A DNA stretch of 64,000 nucleotides from the human T2T-CHM13v2.0 reference genome, Homo sapiens, in NCBI RefSeq assembly GCF_009914755.1, contig NC_060935.1. The stretch is one strand, 5' to 3'. A program made the position numbers and the translations under genes. Each line of letters begins with the position of its first letter. Position 1 is the stretch's first letter. This document shows positions 1 through 15,207 of the stretch, piece by piece. Under the pieces are notes generated by a model. That model worked only from the letters and a program-made list of their open reading frames with translations, was not told the DNA's origin and did no database searches.

Positions 1-3000
1 AGGAAGGACCCACTACATTACCAACAATTTATCTGGTGAATTCTTCTTCCATCCTTCCCCAAGGAGACCTCTGGCTTTTTACCAGGGTAACTGTGCACTG
101 GGGAAAGGGAAATGATCAGACATTTCAGGGAATACTGGATAATGGCTCTGAGCTGATGTTGATTCCGGGGGACCCAAAATATCACTGTGGTCTTCCAGTT
201 AAAGTAGGGGCTTATGGAGGTCAGGTAATTCATGGAGTTTTAGCTCAGGTCCAACTTACAGCGGTTCCAGTGGGTCTCCGGACTCATCCTGTGGTCATTT
301 TCCTAGTGCCAGAATGCATAATTGGCATAGACATACTTAGCAGCTGGCGGAACCCCCACAATGGCTCCCTGACTGGTAGGGTGAGGGCTGTTATAGTGGG
401 AAGGGCCAAATGGAAGCCATTAGAGCTGCCTCTATCTAGAAAAATAGTAAATCAAAAACAGTATCACATCCCTGGAGGGAATGCAGAGATAGTGACACCA
501 TGAAGAACTTGAAAGACACGGGAGTGGTGATTCCCACCACATCCCCATTCAACTCTCTCATTTGGCCTGTGCAGAAGACAGATGGATCTTGGAGAATGAC
601 AGTGGATTATTATAAGCTTAACCAAGTGGTGATTCCAATTGCAGCTGCTGCACCAGATGTGGTTTCATTGCTTGAGCAAATTAACACATCTCCTGGTACC
701 TGTTGTGCAGCCATTGACTTGGCAAATGCCTTTTCCCCCATGCCTATCCATAAGGCTCACCGGAAGCAATTTGCCTTCAGCAGGCAAGGCCAGCAATATA
801 CCTCTACTGTCCTACCTCAGGGGTATATCAACTCTCCAGTTTGTGTCATAATCTTATTTGGAGAGACCATGATTGCTTTTCGCTTCCACAAGCTATCACA
901 CTGGTCCATTACATTGATGACATTATGCTTATTAGATCCAGTGAGCAAGAAATAGCAAACACACTGGACTTATTGGTGAAATATTTGTGTGCCAGAGGAT
1001 GGGAAATAAATCTGAGTAAAATTCAGGGAACTTTTACCTCAGTAAAATTTCTAGGGGTCCAGTGGTATGGGGCCTGGCAAGATATGCCTTCTAAGGTTAA
1101 GTTGCTGCACTTGGCCCCTCCTACAACCAAGAAAGAGGCACAACGCCTAGTGATCCTATTTGGATTTTGGAGGCAACACATTCCTCATTTGGGTGTTACT
1201 TTGGCCCATTTATCGAGTGACCTGAAAAGCTTCCAGTTTTGACTGGGGTCCAGAGCAAGAGAAGGCTCTGCAACAGGTCCAGGCTGCTGTGCAAGCTGCT
1301 CTGCCACTTGGGCCATATGACCTAGCAGATCCAACGGTGCTTGAGGTGTCAGTGGGAGATAGGAATGCTGTTTGGAGTCTTTGGCAGGCCCCCCCATAGG
1401 TGAATCACAGTGGACACCTCTAGGATTTTGGAGCAAGTCCCTGCCATCTTCTGCAGATAAGTATTCTCCTTTTGAGAGACAGCTCTTGGCCTGTTACTGG
1501 GATTTGTTGGAAACTGAACGTTTGATTATGGGTTATCAAGTCACCATGTGATCTGAACTGTCTGTCATGAACTGGGTGCTTTCTAACTCATCTAGCCATA
1601 AAGTGGGTCATGAGCAGCAGCATTCTATCATCAAGTGGAAGTGGTATATATGTGACTGGGCTCAAGCACGTCCTGAAGGCACAAGTAAGTTACATGAAGA
1701 AGTGGCTCAAATGCCCAAGGTCTTCACTCCTGCCACCCTGCCTTCTCTCCCCCAGCCTGCACAGATGGCCTCATGGGGAGTTCTCTATGATCAGCTGACA
1801 GAGAAAGAGAAGACTAGGGCCTGGTTCACAGATGGTTCTGCATGATATGCAGGCACCACCTGAAAGTGGACAGCTGCAGCACTACAGCCCCTTTCTAGGA
1901 CATCCCTGAATTACAGCAGTGAAGGGAAATCTTCCCAGTGGGCAGAACTTCGAGTGGTGCACCTGGTTGTGCACTTTGCATAGAGGGAGAAATGGCCAGA
2001 TATGTGATTATATACTGATTCATGGGCTGTAGCCAATAGTTTGGCTGGATGGTCAGGGACTTGGAAAAACCACAATTGGAAAATTGGTGACAAAGAAATC
2101 TGGGGGAGAGGTATGTGGATGGACCTGAATCATCAAAAACTGTGAAGATATTTGTATCCCATGTGAGTGCTCACCAGCGGGTGACCTCAGTAGAGGAGAA
2201 TTTTAATAATCAAGTGGATAGAATGACCCATTCTGTGGACACCACTTAGCCTTTTTCCCCAGCCACTCCTGTCATCACGCAATGGGCCCATGAACAACGT
2301 GGCCATGGTGGCAGGGATGGAGATTACGCATGGGCTTAGCAACATGGGCGTCCACTCACCAAGCCTGATCTGGCTACAGCCACTGCCGAGTGCCCAATTT
2401 GCCAGCAGCAGAGACCAACACTGAGCCCTCGATGTGGCACCATTCCTTGGGTGATCAGCCAGCTACCTGGTGGCAGGTTGATTATATTGGACCTCTTCCA
2501 TCATGGAAAGGGCAGAGGTTTGTCCTCACTGGAATAGACACTTACTCTGGATATGGGTTTGCCTATCCTGCACGCAATGCTTCTGCCAAGACTACCATCC
2601 ATGGACTAACAGAATGCCTTATCCACCGTCATGGTATTCCACACAGTATTGCCTCTGACCAAGGCACTCACTTTACTGCTAAAGAAGTGTGGCAGTTGGC
2701 TCATGCTCATGGAATTCACTGATCTTACCATGTTTCCCACCATCCTGAAGCAGCTGGATTGATAGAATGGTGGAATGGCCTTTTGAAGTCACAATTACAA
2801 TGCCAACTAGGTGACAATACTTTGCAGGGCTGGGGCAAAGTTCTCCAGAAGGCCGTGTATGCCCTGAATCAGCATCCAATGTATAGTACTGCTTCTCCCA
2901 TAGCCAGGATTCATGGGTCCAGGAATGAAGGGGTGGAAGTGGAAGTGGCACCACTGACCATCACCCCTAGTGATCCACAAGCAACATTTTTGGTTCCTGT

Positions 3001-3827
3001 TCCCGTAACATTATGTTCTGTTGGCTTAGAGGTCTTAGTTTCAAAGGGAGGAACACTGACACCAGGAGATACAACAACGATTCCACTAAACTGGAAGTTA
3101 AGATTGCCACCTGGACACTTTGGGCTCCTCTTACCTTCAAGTCAACAGGCTAATAAGGGAGTTACAGTGTTGGCTGGGGTGACTGACCCAGACTATCAAG
3201 ATGAAATCAGTCTACTACCCCACAGTGGAGGTAAGGAAGAGTATGCATGGAATACAGGAGATCCATTAGGGCACCTTAGTATTAACATTCCCTGTAATTA
3301 AGGTCAATGGGAAACTACAGCAGCCCAATCCAGGCAGGACTACAAATGGCCCAGACCCTTCAGTAATGAAGTTTCGGATCACTCCACCAGGAAAAAAACC
3401 ACGACTTGCTGAGGTGCTTTCTGAAGGCAACGGGAATACAAAATGGGTAGTAGAAAAAGGTAGTCATCAATACCAGCTATGACCACATGATCAGCTGCAG
3501 AAATGAGAACTGTAATTGTCATAAGTATTTCCTCCTTCTTTTGTTAAAAACATGCTTATGCATGTATATACTTGTACTAAGAAAATATCTTCATTTTATT
3601 TCCTTTCTCCTTTATCATATGACATAAGATTTAATGACCTCACATCAGCATTTAAGTATTGTTAACTTCATGTAATAGTATTTGGGTTGGGGACTGGTAC
3701 ATTTCTGATTATACAAAGGATAGTTATATTATGTTAGAAGCAATTATGACCTTATTATTGTCTTTATTTGAAGATTATATATGACCTCAGGAGATGCGTA
3801 TGGGTCCGAATTGACAAGGAGTGGACT
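1..3827 (+). mobile_element. HERV-L (ERVL) internal region, 3' part; 5' end lies outside the window
   Basis: Fragmented ORFs show protease (ILDNGSE), RT (LPQG, YIDD), RNase H (WFTDGSA), integrase (WQVDYIGP, SDQG) and dUTPase (LRLPPGHFG) after integrase. No env. Polypurine-tract-like GACAAGGAGTGGACT sits just before the LTR. Confidence 0.95.
36..3301 (+). pseudogene. Decayed HERV-L pro-pol-dUTPase reading frame
   Basis: ORF pieces 36-503, 500-955, 841-1242, 1567-1845, 2390-2722 and 2759-3301 are collinear but broken by frameshifts and stops. Confidence 0.92.
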
Positions 3828-4267
3828 TGTGATGGTTAATACTGAGTGTCAACTTGATTGGATTGAAGGATACAAAGTATTAACCCCAGGTGTGTGTGTG
3901 AGGGTGTTTCCAAAGGAGACTAACATTTGAGTCAGTGGGCTAGGAAAGGCAGACCTACCCTTAATCTGGGTGAGCACAATCTAAGCAGTTGCCAGCATGA
4001 TTAGAATATAAGCAGGCAGAAAAATGTGAAAAGACAGACTGGCCTAGTCTCCCAGCCTACATCTTTCTCCCGTGCTGGATGCTTGCCGCCCTCGAACATC
4101 GGATTCCAAGTTCTTCAGTTTGGGAACTCGGACTGGCTCTCCTTGCTCCTCAGCCTGCAGATAGCCTATTGTGGGACCGTGTGATCGTGTGAGCTAATGC
4201 TTAATAAATTCCCCTTTACATATTTATCTATTCTATTAGTTCTGTCCCTCTAGAGAGCCCTAATACG
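3828..4267 (+). mobile_element. MLT2A-family 3' LTR of HERV-L
   Basis: Starts TGTGATGGTTAATACTGAGTGTCAACTTGATTGGATTG. AATAAA at ~4203. Ends CTAGAGAGCCCTAATACG, then L1 sequence begins abruptly. Confidence 0.9.
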
Positions 4268-5097
4268 AGGTCCTACTCAAGAAATCTTTGCCCAGACAAT
4301 GTACTGAAGTATTTCCTCAATGTTTTCTTCTAGCAGTTTCATAGTTTCAGGTCTTACATTTAAGTCTTTAATCCATTTCAGCTTGAGTTTTGCATATAGT
4401 AAAGGATAGGGGTCTAGTTTCATTCTTCTGCTCATGGATATCCAGTTTTCCCAGCACCATTTACTGAAGAGGGTATTCTTTACCCAGTGTATGTTCTTGG
4501 CATCTTTGTAAAAAATGAGTTGGCTATAAATACATAGATTTATTTCTGCATTCTCTATTTTGTTCCCTTGGTCTGTGTGTCTGTTTTTATGACAGTACCA
4601 TGTGGTTTTGGTTACTACAGCATTGTAGTATATTTTGCAGTTAGGTAATGTGATGCCTCCAGTTTTGTTTTGTTGCTCAAGATAGCTTTGGCTATCTGGG
4701 GTCTTTTGTGATCCATACAAATTTTAGAATTGTTTTTTTCTGTTTCTGTGAAGAGCGTCATTGGTATTTTGATATGGATTGCATTGAATCTGTAAATCGC
4801 TTTGGATTAAGCAGACATTTTAATAATATTAATTCTTCCAACCCATGAATATGGGATATCCTTCCATTTTTTGTGTACATTCAATTTCTTTCATCAGTGT
4901 TTTATAGTTTTCACTGTAGAAATCTTTCACTTCTCTGTTGAGTTTATTCCTAGGGTTTTTTTTGTAACTATTGTAAATGGGATTGCTTTCTTGATTTCTT
5001 TTTTAGATTGTTTCCGGTTGGTATACAGAAATGCTATTGATTTTTGCATGTTGATTTTGTATCCTGCAACTTAACTGAATTCCTTTATCTCAATTGA

Positions 5098-5442
<345 letters not shown>

Positions 5443-6414
5443 AACTTTTGCTTTTTCTAAATATAAGATCATATCATGTGATACGATCAAACAAGGACAA
5501 CTGAACTTTTTCCTTTACAATTTAGATGCCCTTTCTTTCTCTTGCCTAATTGCTTGAGCTATGACTTCTAGTACTATGTTGAGTAAAAGCGTTAAAAGTG
5601 AGCATCCTTGTCTTGTTCCAGTTCTTAAAGGAAAGGCTTTCAATTTTTCCCAATTCAGTATGATGCTAGTTGTGGGTTTGTCATATATGGCCTTTATTGT
5701 TTTGAGGTATGTTCATTTCCTACCCAGATTGTTAAGAATTTTTATCAAAAAGAGATACTAAATTTTATCAAATGCTTTTTCAACATTTATTGAAATGATC
5801 AGTTTTATCCTTGATTATATTAATGTGATATATAACATTTAGATTTTTTATATGTTGAACTATCTTTGCATCCCTGGAATGAATCCCACTTGATCATGAT
5901 GAATGATCTTTTTAAAGTGTTGTTGAATTTGGTTTGCTAGTATTTGTTGAGGATTTTTGCATCTATTCTCATCAGGGATATTGACCTATAGTTTTCTTTT
6001 CTGTGTGTGTCCCTGTCTGGTTTTGGTATTAGGATAATGTTGGCCTCGTAGAATGAATTTGGAAGTATTTCCTTCTCATCAGTTTCTTGGAACAGTTTAA
6101 GAATAGTTGGCATTAATTCTTTAAATGTATGGTAGAATTCAGCAGTGAAGCCATCTAGTCCTCAGCTTTTCTTTGTTGGGAGACTTTTTATTACTATGTC
6201 TGATTACTTGCTATTGGTCTGTTCAGGTTTTCTATTTCTTCCTGGCTCAATGTTGGTACATTTAATACATCTAGAAATTTATCCATTTCTTCTAGGTTTT
6301 TCAATTTGTTGGTATATAGTTGCTCATAATAGCCTGTAATAATCCTTTGATGTCTTTTTTTGTCTCACATTTTGTTTATTTGGGCCTTTTCTCTATTTTT
6401 CTTAGTTTAGCTAG

Positions 6415-6815
<401 letters not shown>

Positions 6816-8002
6816 CCGATGTTTAATATTTCTTTCCTTCTATTAGTTTTGTGTTTGGTTTGTTTTTCTAGTTTGTTAAGGTGCATTGTTAGGTTGTTTA
6901 TGTGAAGTCTTTATACTTTTTTTCCTTTTCTTTTCCTCACCCATAGACTCAGGTCACAATCTACTTTTTTGGTGTAGGCATTTATTCCTATAATGTTCCT
7001 CTTAGTACTGCTCTTTCTGTATCCCATAAATTTTACTATGTTGTGTTTCAATTTTTGTTTAAAGAACTATTTTTATTTCCTTCTTAATTTCTTCATTGAC
7101 CCAATGGTAGTTCGTGAGAATGTCATTTAATTTCCATGTATTTGTTTAGTTTCCAAAGTTCCTCTTGTTATCAATTTCTCATTTAATTCCATTTTGGCTA
7201 GAAAAGATACTTGATATGATTTTGATAATTTTAAATTTGTTGAGATTTGTTTTGTCGTCTAATATATGGTCTATCCTGGAGAATGTTCCACGTGCTGATG
7301 AGAAGAATGTCTAGTCTGTAGTTGTTAGATGAAACGTTAAGTGGAATTTAAGTCCAGTTGGTCTAGATTGTTAATTCTGACATTTCCTTGTTGATTTGCT
7401 GTCTGGATGATGTTTTTTGAGTGATCTATTGTTGAAAGTGGGTTTCTGAAGTTCCCTACTATTATTGTACTGCAGTCTATCGCTCCCTTTTGATTTACTA
7501 ATATTTGCTTTATATGTTTGGGTGCTCTGATGTTGGTTGCGTATACATTTACAGTTGTTATATCCTCTTGCTGTATTGTTCCCTTTATCATTATATAATG
7601 ACCTTCTTTGCCTCTTTTTATAGTTTTGACTTCAAATCTATTTTATCTAATGTAAGTACAGATACTCCTGCTCTTTTGTGATTTCCATTTTCATGGAATA
7701 CCTTTTTCTGTCCCTTTACTTTAAGTGTATGTATGTCTTTATAAATGAAATAAATGAAGTAAGTTTCTTGTAGGCAGCATATAGTTAGGTTTTTTTAAAC
7801 TTTATTCAGCCACTCTATGTCTTTTAATTGGAGAATTTCGTCAACTTACATTCATTGTTATTATTGATGGATAAGAACTTACTACTGACATTTTCTTATT
7901 TGTTTTCTAGTTGTTTTGTAAGTCATCTTTTCCTTGATTACTGGCTTTGATTGTGGATAAGTGACTCTCTCTGGTAGTATGTTAGTATGTTTCAATTCCT
8001 TG

Positions 8003-8283
8003 TTTTTTTTTTTTGTTTTTTTGTTTTTTTTGAGACAGAGTCTGCTCCATCATGCGGGCTGGAGTGCAGTGGTGTGATCTTGGCTCACTGCAACCTCTGC
8101 ATCTTGGGCTGAGTAGCTGGGATTACAGGCGCACGCCACCACATCCAGCTAATTTTTGTGTTTTTAGTAGAGATGGGATTTCACCATGTTGGTCAGGCTG
8201 GTCTTGAACTCCTGACCTCGTGATCTGCCCACATTGGCCTCCCAAACTGTTGGGATTATAGGCGTAAGCCACTGCACCCTGCC
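8003..8283 (-). mobile_element. Alu (AluS-type) with a short internal deletion
   Basis: Alu body lacking ~30 nt near 8110 (TGGGCT joins directly to GAGTAGCTGG). Confidence 0.9.
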
Positions 8284-9022
8284 CCTTTTTAAAAAATTTT
8301 TGGATACTTACTGTAAGTTTTTCTTTGTAGTTACCATGAGGCTTGCCAAAAAAACATATTATAGTTATAACAAGTTAAACTGAGGACTATGTAACATTGA
8401 TCACAAAGAAAAGAAAGAAAGCGAAAACTCTACACTTTAATTTCACTTCTCCACTTTTGGACTTTTTATTGTCTATCTTTTTATATTGTCTACCGCTTAA
8501 CAAATTGTTGTAGTTTTTGATAGATTTGTCTTTTAGCCTTCATACTAAAGATATCAGTGGTTTATATTCCGCAATTACAGTATTAGAGTTTTATGAATTC
8601 ATCTGTGTACTTATTTTTACCAATCAGTTTTATACCTTCAGATGATTTCTTGTTGCATATTAGCATCTTTTTCTTTCAGATTGAAGAACTCTCTTTAGCA
8701 TTTTTTGTAAGATAGGTGATGAATTCCCTTGGCTTTTTTTTTTTTTTTCTTGTCTTGGAAAATCTATTTCTCACTCATGTTTGAAGTGTAGCTTTGCTGG
8801 ATACAGTATTCTTAGCTGGAAGCTTTTTTCTTCTTCTTCTTCAGCTCTTTAAATATGTCATCCCACTCCCTCCTGGCCTATAAGGTTCCCACTGAGAAAT
8901 GTGTTACCAGATGTATCAGATCTCCTTTATAAGTTATTTGCTTCTTTCCTTTTGGTGCTTTTAGGATACTTTTGATGCTTTACCCTTGAGAGTTTTATTA
9001 TTATATGACTTGAGGTAGTCTT

Positions 9023-9326
<304 letters not shown>

Positions 9327-11139
9327 GAGGTAGTCTTATTTGGGTTGAATCTGCTTGGTGTTCTTTCACCTTCTTGCCCCTGGATATTCATATCTTCCTC
9401 TAGGTTTGGAAAACTCTGTGTTATTATTTCTTTGAGTAAACTTTTACCCTGATCCTTTTCTCTACATCTTCTTTAAGGCCTGTAACTCTTAGGTTTGCAT
9501 GTTTGAGGTTATTTTCTAGATCTTGTAAGTGTACTTCGTTATGTTTCATTCTTTTTTCTCCTTTCTGTATTTTCAAATAGGCCGACTTCAAGCTCACTAG
9601 TTGTTTCTTTTGCCTGATCAATTCCGCTAGTGAGAGAATGATGCATTTTTCAGTTCATCAACTGAATTTTTCAGCTCTAGGATTTATGTTAGAGTTTTAA
9701 AATTTCACTTTTTAAGTTTCTCTGATAGAGTTCTGAATTCCTTCTCTGTGTTATGTTGAAACTTATTGAACTTTCTCAGAACAGCTATTTTGAATTCTCT
9801 GAGAAGTCACATGTCTTCATCACTTTAGGATTGGCCACTGGTGTCTTATTTTGTCTGCTTGGTGAGATCATATTTTCTTGGGTGTTCTTATTGCTTGTGG
9901 ATGTTCACTGATATTGGGTCATTGAAGAATTATATATTTATTCTGGTCACCACCGTCTGGCTTTGTTTGTACCTGTCCTTCTTCAGAGGGCTTTCCAGGA
10001 ATTCAAAGGGGACTGGGTGTTAAATTACCTAAGCCTGTGGTCATTGCAGCGTTACAGCATTAGAGGGTGCTGTAAGCCCAGGTACAATGTGACTCTTGCA
10101 GACTCCTTGATACCCAGCCCTGATGGACTTGGGTAGTACAAGGGAGAATTTCCTGGGTTCTCAAGCACAGTTTCTCACTCTTTTCCCTTTCTTTGTCCCC
10201 TGTGGAAGGAATCTGTCTAATCATTAGGCTGCCTGGAGTTAGAGGGGTGATATGAACACTCTTGTGGCCACCACAGCTGGCACTGTTTTGGGTCACACGT
10301 GAAGCCCATGATCTCCCAGACCAGCACAGTACTGGCACTCACCCAAGGCCTGTAGCCACTAATGCTAGACTGGCAGTGATGTTTATTCAAAGTCAGAGGT
10401 CACTTCAGTCAGCAGGTGGTGAAGCTTACTAGGACTCGAGTCCATTCCACCAGGGCAGCTGATTCTCTTCTGGCCTGGGGTGGACCTAGAAGCACCATCT
10501 GGGAGCAATGGCCTGAAATCAGGGGCTTCTGGATTCTATCTGGTACTATATTTTACAGTTGCTGGGCTGGTAACCAGTTGCAAGACAAAGTTTCCTGTAC
10601 TTGTCCCTTCTTTCCCACAAGTGGAAGGAGCCTCTCTTTGTGTTTCACTGCCTGGAGTTGGGAGAGGGGTGATGCAGGTACTCCTATGGCTGCCACAACT
10701 AGTGTTGCATTGGGTTGCACAGCAAAACTACAGCTTCTGAGATCAGTACAGTACCAGGGCTCACCCAAAGACTGCAGTTGCTATGGCCTGCCTGCCACTA
10801 AAATTTGTAGGTGCCTCAGGCCACATTAATAAATTGCTGGGGAAGTGGGCTGAGACTTGGATTCCTCCTGCTTGGGCAGCAGATTCCCCTCTGGCCCAGG
10901 GATTTTCTAAATAATTCCTGTGTAAATACCAGTGAAATTCTTCCCAGTGCTTTATTCCACTGTGACAGAGTGAAACTGAGTTCCAGTGCAAACTCCCACA
11001 CTCGCTTTGCTGTGCCTTCCCTAAGCACACAGATTCTCTCCTGTGGCTGTGCTGCCTGGGGATGTAGGTTGCAGGACAGTGGCGGAGGCAATATAGGACT
11101 TCCCTTCTTACTCTCTTCAATGTGTCTTGGCTTGTTTTC

Positions 11140-11493
<354 letters not shown>

Positions 11494-11649
11494 TAATGTG
11501 AATGCTCAGCTGATATCCGGTTCTTATGAAGGTGTAGTATCTTGCAAGGATAGTTGTTTAATCTGATGTTCCTGTGACTGTTGGGGGGTAAGGGGAACGA
11601 TTGCTGGAGGGTTCTATTCAGCCATCTTGCTCTACCTCCTGAGCAATAT

Positions 11650-12034
11650 TTCTAGTCTGAGTTCTTAAAAAAATGCCAAATTGTTTCAATACTGTTTCTT
11701 GAAAAGACTATAAATAACCATTAAATTTCTTTAGCACCTTTGTCAAAAATCAATTGACTGTGTGGGTCTATTTCTGGTCTCTGTTCCATCCCGTTATTCT
11801 TTTGTCTGTCCCTTTGCCAATACATATCATACTGTCTTGATTACTGTTGCTTTATAATAAGTCTTAAAATTAGGTAACATATGGTCATACAACTTGGTAA
11901 ATTTATTAAATCGTTGGATTGTATACTTGAAGTAGTTGAATCAAATAATATGAAAATGTCTCAATAAAGTTATATATTAAAAATCAGGTTGTGAACTTTT
12001 CCAACTTTGTTTTTGTTTTTAAAAATTGTTTTTG
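11650..12034 (-). mobile_element. Ancient L1 ORF2 fragment containing a ~110-bp plus-strand L1 3'-end-like insert
   Basis: GCACCTTTGTCAAAAATCAATTG..GGGTCTATTTCTGG..CTGTCTTGATTACTG resembles antisense ORF2. The insert (~11878-11985) has AATAAA and is flanked by TAAAATTAGGT and AAAATCAGGT. Confidence 0.6.
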
Positions 12035-14073
12035 GGTAAACCATCAAGGTGACTGACTAGAGAAACCCGGCATCCACCTCCTCCACAAAGAAGGATCAAA
12101 ACAGTGAGTGGTAATCACATATTGAATAGATAATTACATGTCAAATATAGAACCTAAGAAAGAATACCAGAATTCAGCAGGGAAATGATAGAGAACCTCT
12201 GAGCCACAGAAGGAGAAGGGAGAGAAGCAGCCAGCGTGACTAGGATCAGCTCAGAGTCAGGATAAACTCCTCAGTGTGGGGAAAGGATAAATGAGAGATC
12301 CTCAGTGGTTCACATTTCCACTGTGGACTCTTGCAATGCTAGCCACAGGAGAGGCCCTCAGCCTTTGTGGGTTCCGAGACTAGTATAAGGAGCTGTGTAG
12401 TCTTTGTGATGGCATTTTTCCAGAGAGGGAGTTTATGCTGGGTCCCACACATCTCCGTAAGGCCCAAGCAGCTGCAGCACAATTACATTTTGAGAGCCCA
12501 ACCCCAACACACTACATCCTTCCCTGAGGCTTAACACCCCCTACATTTTCACATCCCTGGACCCCTGCAGACATCCTCCCTGTATCCATCCAGAGGGCGG
12601 CAATATTGTGACACCAGCTAGACAAAGCAGTACATGTTGGTCCCTAGCACTCTAGCCCATACAATGTCCTACACCCTGGGAAACTGGTGGTACAGTACAC
12701 TGGGGACATTTGTCCCTAGGAAAAAGGGAGCTGAAATGCATGTTCCACAGATCCTGATAGACACCTATCTGGGGAAGATTTCACGGACAGCAGCAGGGCT
12801 ACCGAGTGCCAGCATGCACTTTCAGGGGCCGGAAGACAGGCTCACCTCACCCATTGCCACGACTGCTGACCGAGAGTGCCACCCAAGGGCCTGGGGATTG
12901 ACCCACCCCACGTGTCACAGCTTATGCAGGCCATGGTGGGGGGTGGCTCTGAGCACAGGCCTGTCCTGCCTAGCCTGCTGCTATGACAGTCATTCTGCAT
13001 GCACCACTTGGGAACCTGGGAACTGGCCTACTCAACTCACCTGTGCCACTGCTGGCACCAGCACGTGCCACCTGGAGGCCCAAGGGGGTTGGCCTACCAC
13101 TGCTACTGCTGTTGCTGATGCACACATGCCTCCTGTCCCTCTGGATAAGGTCCTGAGGACCCACTACCTCAACCCACTCTTGCAACTTCTGGCATTTGAG
13201 TTAGCCACCTGGGTGCCCAAGGGCCAGCCTGCCCAGACCTGCTACCACTGCTATTTGTGTATGCTGCTAGGGGACCCAAAGACAAACATGCTTGGCCTAC
13301 TTGTGCAACCACCTACTAGTGCCCAAAGACCAGCCTGCCTAGCATCCCCAACTCCAGCAAGCCCTCATCTCAGCCTCCATTAACAACCACAGCCTAAGCC
13401 ACTGAGGAACTCACTGACATCACTGATACTAATTACAGCCCAAGCAGTCATATAGAGACTATGCTACTGTACCCACCCACCCACCCAGAATCAAAGCCAA
13501 AGCACCCTACCCAACCAACACTATAGATGTATCTACAGAAAATGTCTTTCCCTGTGAAAGGCAACGCACACATTTGAAAGAAGCAACTCTTACACCACAT
13601 GCATAGATATGAACATACAGACACAAGAAATATGAAAAAACAAGAAACATGACACCTCAAAAAAAAAAATCACAAACATTCTGCAACAGATTCCAAAGAA
13701 AAAGAAATCTATGAAATATCTGAAAAGGAATTCAAAATAATGACATTAAAGAAGCTCAGTGAGATAAAAGACAACACAGATAAACAATACAAAAAAACCA
13801 GTTTATAATCTGAATGAGAAATTCAGCAGAGACAGATATCATTTAAAAAGTACCAAATATAAATCTGATGTTTGAAAATTCAATGAATGAAATAAAAAAT
13901 AAAATAGAGAGTTTCGAGTATAGATTAGATCAAGCAGAATAAAGACTTTCTGAACTTGAAGACAAGTCTTTTGAAATAACATAGGCAGACAAAAAAGGAA
14001 AAATACATAAATAAGAATGAAGAAAGCCTGTGTGACATATGAGATACCATAAAGCAACCCAGATTTCAAACTT

Positions 14074-14390
14074 GGCCAGGCGTGGTGGCTCACACCTGTA
14101 ATCCCACCACTTTGGGAGGCTGAGGTGGGAGGATTGCTTGAGGCCAGGAGTTTGAGACAAGCCTGGGCAACATAGCAAGACCCTGTCTGTACAAACAATA
14201 AAAACAATTAAAGAAAGCTAAAGCACTTCTTTGACTGGGCACAGTGGCTCACATCTATAATCTTAGCACTTTGGGAGGCTGAGGCAGGACTGCTTGAGCC
14301 CAGGAGTTTGAGACTAGCCTGAGCAATATACTGAGATCCTGTTTCTATTTTTAAGAATTAAAGAAAAAAATTTTAAAAAGAAAGAAAAAT
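14074..14390 (+). mobile_element. Two tandem Alu left-monomer (FLAM-like) copies
   Basis: GGCCAGGCGTGGTGGCTCAC at 14074 and GACTGGGCACAGTGGCTCAC at 14233. Each is ~130 nt with an A-rich tail. Confidence 0.8.
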
Positions 14391-14787
14391 CCTCAAATGT
14401 TATGTGTTTCAGGATAAGAGATGGGCAAAGTCATAGAAAACCTATTTAACAAAATAATAGCTGAAAACTATTCAAGTCTTGCAACAGATATAGATATTCA
14501 GATACAGGAAGCTCAAGGATCTGCAAAAAGATTCAAGCCATAGTGGTCTTCTGCAGGACACATTGTAGTCCAGCTGTCAAAAGTCAAAGACAAAGAGAGA
14601 ATTCTAAAAACAGCAAGAGAAAAGCATCAAATCACATCTGAGGAAATCCCCATCAGACTAACAGTGGATTTCTCAGCAGAAACCTTATGAGCCAGGAGAG
14701 AATGGGATGATATATTCAAAGTGCTGAAATAAAATAAATTTAAAAAAACCTGCAAGGAATAATACCTTACCAAAAAACCACCCTTCA

Positions 14788-15207
<420 letters not shown>

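Noticed and set aside
36-3301. Intact or domesticated retroviral pol or dUTPase
   Set aside because: Multiple stops and frameshifts, and the protease motif reads DNG rather than DTG.
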